Of a DNA stretch of 15,764 nt, positions 1 to 5,262 are shown in pieces. Position numbers and translations under genes: made by a program. Positions within the stretch are counted from its first letter, which is position 1. Each line of letters opens with the position of its first letter. This DNA is from an uncultured Gemmatimonadales bacterium (GTDB lineage: Bacteria > Gemmatimonadota > Gemmatimonadetes > Gemmatimonadales > GWC2-71-9): positions 1-15,764 of the forward strand of contig CAWGSK010000005.1 in NCBI GenBank assembly GCA_963825055.1, written 5' to 3'. The notes under the pieces are model-generated. The model searched no databases and was not told the origin of the DNA. It was given only the letters and a program-made list of their open reading frames with translations.

Positions 1-847
1 CGTTGAAGTTGGCGGATGGTACCGATGTATCGGCTCCTTCGCGGACAAGCCAGTGCAGGCCACTTGCGGTGACTAACTTCGACTCGTCCGCCCCAGTGAT
101 CCAGTTGTAGGTATTTACGAAGGAAGACTCGTAGCTCCCGCCGAACTTCTCGTGTGGTGCGTTATAGAGCATTCCCTCGATGAAGTACGAAGGCATGATC
201 TCTTCGTTGAGTGCCTGATCGTCGATCATCCGGTACCGCATATTCTTGTAGAGGCGAATTACCGGTTTGAGCCAGCTACTAGTACCTTGGTGCAGGGACG
301 TGAGATTTGCAGAGTGTTGCGTCGGGAAGTTCTCGATCTGCACGCCGTCGCTCCAGAAACAGATACCTTCGTCATACTGGTCATCGATTCCGGAGCTCCC
401 ATCCCGGTAGCGCCGGAACTTAATGCACACGATCACGTCCGCATCTCGCCGGTTACCGTTTCCCTTGACGCAGATCGCTTTCTTTCCCGACTGCGCGTCC
501 GAGCCGTACTTCTTCTGGAGCCACGCGAATACCTCGGCCCTGAAATCGCTCCAAGACACTTCAGCACGCACGAACGCCCTATCGTAGTTCGCTCGCGCTT
601 CCACACTCAGTCGGCCGGTGTCTGCGTAGTAGGTTTGATTCAGCCGGATCACGATGTCCACATCGCTTTCCCGGTAGACGTTTGTGTCATTGCCGTAGGA
701 GCCCTGGAGGAAGACTGAGTAGCTCCGGGAATGGTACGGAGCGTTCGCGTCATCGAGGACGCTCTTAATCGTGTTGTATGTTTGCGCTGACTGCGTGACC
801 GAGCCTTGCTTGGCCCAGGTGTCAAGTTGGTCTTCCGGTATTGCCAT
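1..847 (-). CDS. cdnE: cGAS/DncV-like nucleotidyltransferase (CD-NTase, CdnE clade), CBASS cyclase; 3'-truncated by window edge
   Basis: Not in the ORF track because there is no stop in the window. Manual translation from ATG 847 gives 282 open codons: MAIPEDQLDTWAKQGSVTQSAQTYNTIK...FLQGSYGNDTNVYRESDVDIVI...RRDADVIVC...IENFPTQHSANLT...KPVIRLYKNMR...PSYFIEGMLYN. It has the Pol-beta NTase G49-S50 and D62-x-D64 plus a third Asp (D137), and the CdnE-type NxP, IRxxK and PSYxxE motifs. An AGGGGA RBS overlaps the stop codon of the upstream patatin gene. Confidence 0.93.
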   Translation of the reverse strand, partial: MAIPEDQLDTWAKQGSVTQSAQTYNTIKSVLDDANAPYHSRSYSVFLQGSYGNDTNVYRESDVDIVIRLNQTYYADTGRLSVEARANYDRAFVRAEVSWSDFRAEVFAWLQKKYGSDAQSGKKAICVKGNGNRRDADVIVCIKFRRYRDGSSGIDDQYDEGICFWSDGVQIENFPTQHSANLTSLHQGTSSWLKPVIRLYKNMRYRMIDDQALNEEIMPSYFIEGMLYNAPHEKFGGSYESSFVNTYNWITGADESKLVTASGLHWLVREGADTSVPSANFN

Positions 848-856
848 CACTGTCCC

Positions 857-1783
857 CTAGCAGAGGTACGACTTGAGCGTATCTTCGTTGTCGGCGTAGG
901 ACTTTGCACCACGCTGCGTCAGGATGTTCAGCTTATCGAGATCCTGCTCGAAGAGGTCCGTCGCCATTGTCGGCTCCGAATACGACTGGCTGATGCGGAC
1001 GGTTGGGACGTGCTTGAACATGATTGCCCGAAGCTGCTCCATCGATTGCGTATTGATTTCCAGCGTCTTCTGGAGAAGCTGCACACCCGGCGTTTGTCTC
1101 TTCCAATAATCCAAAGACAGCATGCTTACAGGCTTCGGGGGATAGGTGCCGCAGCCCAGGCTCACCACCCGAATGTCCTCCGGCGCCTTCTCCATCGCTA
1201 TGATCGCGTCCGCGATTGCATACAACGTCGGATTGTTTGCGCAGAAACCGCCATCGATCAGTTCAACCCTGTCGCCCTTTTCCGTGACGACGATCTTGCG
1301 GTTGAAGTATGGGTAGGCCGAACAGGACGCCTGCACCGCGTCCCCAATCTTTACGCCAAAGCCCGGCGCAAACGTCCCTTTGCTCCCGTGTGCCTGGGCG
1401 ATGTTCGCCTTGAAAATTATAGGGCGCTCTTCAACCCATCGGGTCGCCACGATCCCGACGTTCGTTTTGACCGTCTCAAACCTCGCGTCCCCGAAGACCT
1501 TGTCGGAGAGTGCGGTGAGCGCGTGCGATTTGTCGCTCGCCGAGCTCGCCTGCATCACCTTCGTGACGTTGTCGGTATAGGTATCGGTGATCGCTTTGAC
1601 GGTGTTCCCGAGGGATAGCATTGCGCCGATGATCGACCCGGTACTAGTGCCGAAGATCAGATCGAAGCGCTCATGGAGCGGACAGCCAATCAGCGCTTCA
1701 ATCTCCCGAAGTATCCCGAGCGTGTAGAAACCTTTGGCGCCGCCGCCGTCAAGGCTAAGGACGCGGAACAGCTGTCCCGCCAT
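857..1783 (-). CDS. capE: Patatin-like phospholipase, CBASS effector (CapE/CapV type)
   Basis: 308 aa with DGGGAKG oxyanion loop, GTSTG nucleophile-Ser motif and DGG catalytic Asp. RBS AAGGGGG just upstream of the ATG. Only 9 nt separate it from the CD-NTase start. Confidence 0.9.
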   Translation of the reverse strand: MAGQLFRVLSLDGGGAKGFYTLGILREIEALIGCPLHERFDLIFGTSTGSIIGAMLSLGNTVKAITDTYTDNVTKVMQASSASDKSHALTALSDKVFGDARFETVKTNVGIVATRWVEERPIIFKANIAQAHGSKGTFAPGFGVKIGDAVQASCSAYPYFNRKIVVTEKGDRVELIDGGFCANNPTLYAIADAIIAMEKAPEDIRVVSLGCGTYPPKPVSMLSLDYWKRQTPGVQLLQKTLEINTQSMEQLRAIMFKHVPTVRISQSYSEPTMATDLFEQDLDKLNILTQRGAKSYADNEDTLKSYLC

Positions 1784-1870
1784 ACTTCCCCCTTGTAATT
1801 GTTCCTCTTCGGGGATTATTCACCTCCCCGTGTATCTCGATGGGTAGCACTCCCGAAATACTGTCGCTTC

Positions 1871-1902
1871 CAACGTCCGCTCCGGGTCGATAGCGGTCGT
1901 TG
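1871..1902. repeat. Short imperfect palindrome with AAC...GTT ends in the leader of the CBASS operon
   Basis: CAACG-T-CCGCT ccgggtcgat AGCGG-T-CGTTG: 11-bp stem with one mismatch and a 10-nt loop. Confidence 0.6.
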
Positions 1903-1914
1903 CGCACGATTGAC

Positions 1915-2052
1915 GCCCAACGTCCTGCGCTTAAGCTGCGGCGCGAAGCGCCGCAGCGGGTAAATGCAACGACCTTATGGCTTGCACGGCGGCCGAGGTG
2001 GCACTGCCAGCCCACGCCCGCAGGCGCTGACAGCTTTAAGCGCTTGTTAGGT
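1915..2052 (-). mobile_element. Integron attC recombination site (138 bp)
   Basis: Minus strand reads ACCTAAC (R'', fits RYYYAAC), 5-nt spacer AAGCG, CTTAAAGC (8-nt L''), a variable centre, GCTTAAG (7-nt L'), spacer CGCAGGAC, GTTGGGC (R', fits GTTRRRY). The arms GCGCTTAAAGCTG and CAGCTTAAGCGC pair with one extra base. It begins 11 nt after the stop of ORF 2064-2471. Confidence 0.88.
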
Positions 2053-2507
2053 GCTATTCGTTGTCAGGTTACCTGCCACCGGATGATCTGCTCCACATAG
2101 GTGGGTCGTGGTGGCTTGGAGAACGTCGAGTTCAGAATCATTGCCATCCCCGGCTGCTCGAACGCTTCATCGCTGGAGTCCTGGACGCGGATGGAGCAAG
2201 GGTCGGGCGTGCCGTCGGGCCGCACGAGAAAGGCGACGCGCACCCAGGCAGCAGTGCCCGTGGCTTCCCTCCCCTCGGGGTAGATCTGGTTCCCGGGGTG
2301 GAGCATACGGGGATGGGTCGTGCCTGAATCCCCGAGGAGCTGGTAGTAGGCCAGGAGGCTATCCGCTTGAGCCGGAATGCACGCCTGGGCCGTGCGTGCC
2401 GGAGCCGGCTGCGCGGGTGTCCCGCAGGTTAGTATGGAACTGATGCCGGCCAACGCAAGGTGGACTTTCACGAGTGGCTCATTCGCGAAGATGTGAATAG
2501 GACCTAA
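1921..2507 (-). mobile_element. Complete integron gene cassette (587 bp) carrying the TonB-C-like ORF
   Basis: Runs from G/TTAGGT (2508/2507) to the G of G/TTGGGC (1921). The cassette's 5' core GTTAGGT is the exact reverse complement of its own attC R'' ACCTAAC. It is a single ORF with minimal non-coding DNA. Confidence 0.8.
2064..2471 (-). CDS. Secreted protein with TonB C-terminal-like domain
   Basis: 135 aa, GTG start, hydrophobic N-terminus (MKVHLALAGISSILTC). The segment IYPEG...WVRVAFLVRPDGTPDPCSIRVQDSSDEAFEQ...STFSKP...VEQIIRW follows the TonB_C pattern YP..G.V.V.F.V..DG....V..SS...FE.......F.P. It lacks the long Pro-rich spacer of full TonB. Confidence 0.65.
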   Translation of the reverse strand: MKVHLALAGISSILTCGTPAQPAPARTAQACIPAQADSLLAYYQLLGDSGTTHPRMLHPGNQIYPEGREATGTAAWVRVAFLVRPDGTPDPCSIRVQDSSDEAFEQPGMAMILNSTFSKPPRPTYVEQIIRWQVT

Positions 2508-2525
2508 CTAGATATTCGATCCCGC
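2502..2525 (-). mobile_element. Putative attI-like (primary) cassette insertion site
   Basis: Minus strand GCGGGATCGAATATCTA-GTTAGGT gives a core site 30 nt before the cassette ORF. There is no minus-strand AAC inverse core in 2521-2700, so this is not the end of another attC. Confidence 0.55.
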
Positions 2526-2703
2526 TCTCGCCAAGGGCCTGCGCGGCCTCAGCAGACCCGGCCAAGCGCGCTAAGGGATCCTTCCCGTCTCGCAACTCCC
2601 AGCAGAGCCTCGATTCCAGTCTGCTGAAATCCAGTGGATGCGCAAGAGGAGGGAGGTACCCCCCTCACCTGAGCCGTAACCCCTGGATCTCCCTCCCGCA
2701 GCC

Positions 2704-2760
2704 AGGAGATGCTCACGAGGATCTCCTATAGCTTTTTCTAAACATGTAGTATATCCTACA
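2704..2760. promoter_or_regulatory. AT-rich promoter/operator region with two inverted repeats upstream of the HTH gene
   Basis: AGGAGAT-N10-ATCTCCT (2704-2727) and TGTAGTAT|ATCCTACA (2745-2760, 7/8 symmetric), ending 2 nt before ATG 2763. Contains -10-like hexamers on both strands (TAGTAT and TATCCT on +, TATACT on -). No SD sequence is seen. Confidence 0.45.
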
Positions 2761-2762
2761 GC

Positions 2763-3062
2763 ATGTCCTACGCTCCCCCCGAACCCAGGATCAAATGGGA
2801 CCAGCCCGGCCTCATGCAGGGCGTCACCATCGAGCGCTGGCTGGAGGGCCAGTGGTACGCCGAACGCATACCGCATAACGGCCTGGTCACCCAGGCACTG
2901 GCAGCCGAGCTGCTGGGGGTCAGCCTCATGTCAGTCAACAACTGGGTTCGGCAGGGGAAGATGCGGCACATCAAGGTCACGGGCCAGCCCTCGGTCATCA
3001 CGCTGAGCGAGGTCAAGCGGGTGCGGACCATTCTGGCAAGGGAAAAGCGGCTCCGGAGCTAG
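2763..3062 (+). CDS. Small helix-turn-helix DNA-binding protein (excisionase/HTH_17-like)
   Basis: 99 aa. LVTQALAAELLGVSLMSVNNWVRQGKMRHIKV...VITLSEV matches the xis/MerR-like pattern T..EAA..LGVS..TV..W...G.L. It has a ~40-aa N-terminal extension and a basic C-terminus. Confidence 0.75.
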   Translation: MSYAPPEPRIKWDQPGLMQGVTIERWLEGQWYAERIPHNGLVTQALAAELLGVSLMSVNNWVRQGKMRHIKVTGQPSVITLSEVKRVRTILAREKRLRS

Positions 3063-3232
3063 CCTTCTGACCGCGGCAGTACCGGCCACAGGCCGGGGAC
3101 AGGCCACTGGGTGGCCGGGTGGGGTCAACATGCCAAAAATCGGCAGGCGGAGGGCCACGCAGGGCCTCATCAATCAGATGGGGGAATTGCGTCGACAGGG
3201 GGTCCCGTTCCATGCTTATCGGCCGCCGTCCC

Positions 3233-3267
3233 GGAAACAGAACAGGCAGCCCAGAGGCTGCCTGTTC
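3233..3267 (-). terminator. Intrinsic terminator downstream of tRNA-Pro
   Basis: Perfect 12-bp stem GAACAGGCAGCC/GGCTGCCTGTTC (3240-3267) with a 4-nt loop, followed on the minus strand by TGTTTCC. It starts 5 nt after the tRNA. Confidence 0.75.
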
Positions 3268-3272
3268 CCTTA

Positions 3273-3346
3273 TCGGGACGGCGGGATTTGAACCCGCGAC
3301 CCCCTGAACCCCATTCAGGTGCGCTACCGGGCTGCGCTACGTCCCG
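3273..3346 (-). tRNA. tRNA-Pro (anticodon GGG), CCA not encoded
   Basis: CGGGACG TA GCGC AGCCCGGTA GCGC A CCTGA ATGGGGT TCAGG GGGTC GCGGG TTCAAAT CCCGC CGTCCCG A folds into a full cloverleaf with a GGG anticodon and a GGTTCAAATC T-loop. It is followed by TAA rather than CCA. Confidence 0.96.
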
Positions 3347-3604
3347 TCTACTGCGGTCGAAGGTCAAAGGTCGAAGGTCAAAATCTCCTTCGCCTGTAGC
3401 CCTCCGTTACCACTGCGTCCTTCAATGTCGCGGCAGCGACAGCCAGCCGAGCCTCGACTTCAGTCGAGGGCTACCGGGCTGCGCTACGTCCCGTCAACTG
3501 CGGTCAAAGGTCAAAGGGTCGAAGGTCGAAATCTCCCTCGCCTGTTGGCCTCCGTGACCTCTGGCATCCTTCTAATGTCGCGTCAGCGACAGCCAGCCGA
3601 GCCT
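3323..3604. repeat. Diverged tandem direct repeat, two copies (3323-3454 and 3470-3604), including the 5' 24 nt of tRNA-Pro
   Basis: Both copies begin GCTACCGGGCTGCGCTACGTCCCGTC and end AATGTCGCG(G/T)CAGCGACAGCCAGCCGAGCCT. The interiors align with scattered substitutions and small indels and contain GGTC(G/A)AA heptamer runs. The copies are separated by the hairpin CCTCGAC-TTCA-GTCGAGG. Confidence 0.9.
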
Positions 3605-3672
3605 GTGCCGCTCCTCGGCCGAGAACGAACGCCTGGCGACCTCGCTCCAATGCCGAGGGCGGCCGGGCGGGA

Positions 3673-3701
3673 ATACTAGCCACCGGCCCCACGGATGGAA
3701 A
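3673..3701 (-). promoter_or_regulatory. Candidate sigma70 promoter for the tRNA-Pro transcript
   Basis: Minus strand TTTCCA-N17-TAGTAT followed by a GC-rich discriminator TCCCGCCCGG, as in stable-RNA promoters. Matches to consensus are only partial. Confidence 0.35.
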
Positions 3702-3828
3702 GCCCTGCTGGCCCCGGCACCGCGGGGATCCCGTTTCCCTGAGTGAGCACGCCGGTGCTCAGATCGAATTGCCGGCGCGCTCGCCCGGCGCTCTTCGCCG
3801 GGCCCCCGGACCTCCTCAGGGGACCACC

Positions 3829-5199
3829 ATGTGCCTCCGACCCGCTCCACTGATGCTGGCCGTGATCCTGGCAGCTGCTCCTGCCGTCTCCCTGAGGGGT
3901 GGTGGGGGCCTTGCCGCCCAGTCCGCTCCCGTCGTGCTGGAGGGAGAAACCCTGCTCGGGGGCGCCCGTTCGACTGACGCTGCCCCCGTTCGCCAGCGGA
4001 TGACCGGTTTCGGCAATGCCTGGTCAGGGGATGCTCAGCTGTTCTGGGCGCCGCAGAAGCCCGGGGCCCGGCTGGCGCTCCAGGTCAGCGTGCCGAGCCA
4101 GGGAGTGTACGACGTGGCCGGCGCCTTCACCCGCGCCCCGGACTATGGCCAGTTCGAGATCTACGTGAACGGCAAACAGGTCGGGGGCCGGCAGGACGGC
4201 TACGCCCGCAAGGTGGTACACAGCGGCCGCCTCGCCCTGGGTCGGGCGACCATGAAAGCCGGAGCCAACACCGTCGAGATCGTGGTGCCCGCTCGTGCGG
4301 CCGCTTCGAGCGGCCTTCTGGTCGGCATTGACCGGCTCGAGTTCCGCCGGCTGCCGTCGCTCCAGCGGCCCGCGCGGGCCTCGACGGCCCGGGCGAACGT
4401 GGCCGCGGTCCGCTATCAGCCGGTCACACCGTATGCGGCGAACGTCAAGCCGATCGACCCCGGGATGTTCGCCCTCAAGCTGGTGGATCTGCGTCCGGCC
4501 ATGCAGATGAAGGGCCTCCCGATCCGGAACCAGGGAGTACGCGGGACGTGCTCGGTGTTCGCCCTCACGTTCCTGCTCGAGTGGAACTACACGGCGGGCG
4601 GGAAGGCCGCGGCAGGCAACCTGTCGGAAGAGTACCTGAATGCGACGGGTGACATGGTCGCCGGGGCCCACCAGGACGGCGGGATGTTTGCCGACCTGAA
4701 CAATGCCTACCAGCAGTACGGCATCGTCCTCGAAGCGACGCTGCCCTACCAGAACACGTACGATCCGACCCTGACGCTGCCGGCCGCGCTGCTCAAGTCG
4801 GGGAAGGCCTGGCCGCGCCAGAAGGCGGTATTCATCCGGACCTGGGACAATACGACCGGAGCCACGACCGCCGAACTCGAGCACGCCATTGCCTACCTCG
4901 ACAAGGGTCTCCCGGTCGCCGCGGGCATGTGGTGGCCGAAGAAGGGTTACTTCGCCACCCAGCCCACCCTGGGGGTGGACGTGATGTTCGTGCCCTCACC
5001 CAGCCAGAAGATGAGCATGCTGACCGACGGCCATTCCGTGGCACTGGTCGGCTACGCCAGGAGTCCGATGTTCCCGGGCGGCGGCTTTTTCGTCTTCCGC
5101 AACAGCTGGGGGACGTCGTTCGGTGACAACGGCTACGGCTATGTCCCCTTCGCCTATGTTACGCGATTTGCGAACGACCTGCTGGCGTACGAGCCGTGA
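3829..5199 (+). CDS. Secreted papain-like (C1A) cysteine peptidase with N-terminal beta-sandwich (CBM-like) domain
   Basis: Start moved to ATG 3829 (RBS AGGGGA at 3818-3823), followed by a signal-peptide-like segment. Catalytic motifs are RNQGVRGTCSVFA (Q, C), DGHSVALVGY (H) and FRNSWGTSFGDNGYGY (N). The N-terminal WSGDAQLFW...GVYDV...TRAPDYGQFEIYVNG...GANTVEI...GIDRLEF segment resembles a jelly-roll carbohydrate-binding fold. Confidence 0.88.
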   Translation: MCLRPAPLMLAVILAAAPAVSLRGGGGLAAQSAPVVLEGETLLGGARSTDAAPVRQRMTGFGNAWSGDAQLFWAPQKPGARLALQVSVPSQGVYDVAGAFTRAPDYGQFEIYVNGKQVGGRQDGYARKVVHSGRLALGRATMKAGANTVEIVVPARAAASSGLLVGIDRLEFRRLPSLQRPARASTARANVAAVRYQPVTPYAANVKPIDPGMFALKLVDLRPAMQMKGLPIRNQGVRGTCSVFALTFLLEWNYTAGGKAAAGNLSEEYLNATGDMVAGAHQDGGMFADLNNAYQQYGIVLEATLPYQNTYDPTLTLPAALLKSGKAWPRQKAVFIRTWDNTTGATTAELEHAIAYLDKGLPVAAGMWWPKKGYFATQPTLGVDVMFVPSPSQKMSMLTDGHSVALVGYARSPMFPGGGFFVFRNSWGTSFGDNGYGYVPFAYVTRFANDLLAYEP

Positions 5200-5220
5200 G
5201 TTCGACGTTGCCGGAGCAGC

Positions 5221-5253
5221 GCCGGAGGGCGGTCTCGATAGACCGCCCCCGGC
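5221..5253. terminator. GC-rich stem-loop between convergent genes (terminator or stabiliser)
   Basis: GCCGG-A-GGGCGGTCT cgat AGACCGCCC-CCGGC in the 63-bp gap between stop codons. No clear U tract. Confidence 0.5.
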
Positions 5254-5262
5254 AGCGTTCAC

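Noticed and set aside
152..718. 188-aa plus-strand ORF
   Set aside because: Antisense shadow of the CD-NTase, with no recognisable motifs.
806..1618. 270-aa plus-strand ORF
   Set aside because: Antisense to the patatin gene, which carries clear catalytic motifs.
1755..2100. Short ORFs 1755-2015 (-) and 1900-2100 (+)
   Set aside because: They run through the attC site and hairpins and have no RBS or protein-like features.
2509..2660. A second attC ending at GTTAGGT (2508-2502)
   Set aside because: No inverse core (AAC on the minus strand) or paired L boxes upstream, so it is treated as attI-like instead.
2509..3232. Possible intI or phage-integrase remnant
   Set aside because: No tyrosine-recombinase motifs (HxLRHS, LLGH, TxIYTH) seen in the listed frames. 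ORF 2571-2876 overlaps the HTH gene antisense and looks spurious.
3323..3604. CRISPR array or second intact tRNA
   Set aside because: Only two long units whose interiors are homologous, with no unique spacers or cas genes. The second copy has only tRNA nt 1-24 and no T-arm or 3' acceptor strand.
3769..3828. TTG start extension of the protease ORF
   Set aside because: ATG 3829 has an RBS and begins a signal peptide.
3111..3850. Several short ORFs across the tRNA and repeats
   Set aside because: They overlap the tRNA and structured non-coding repeats.
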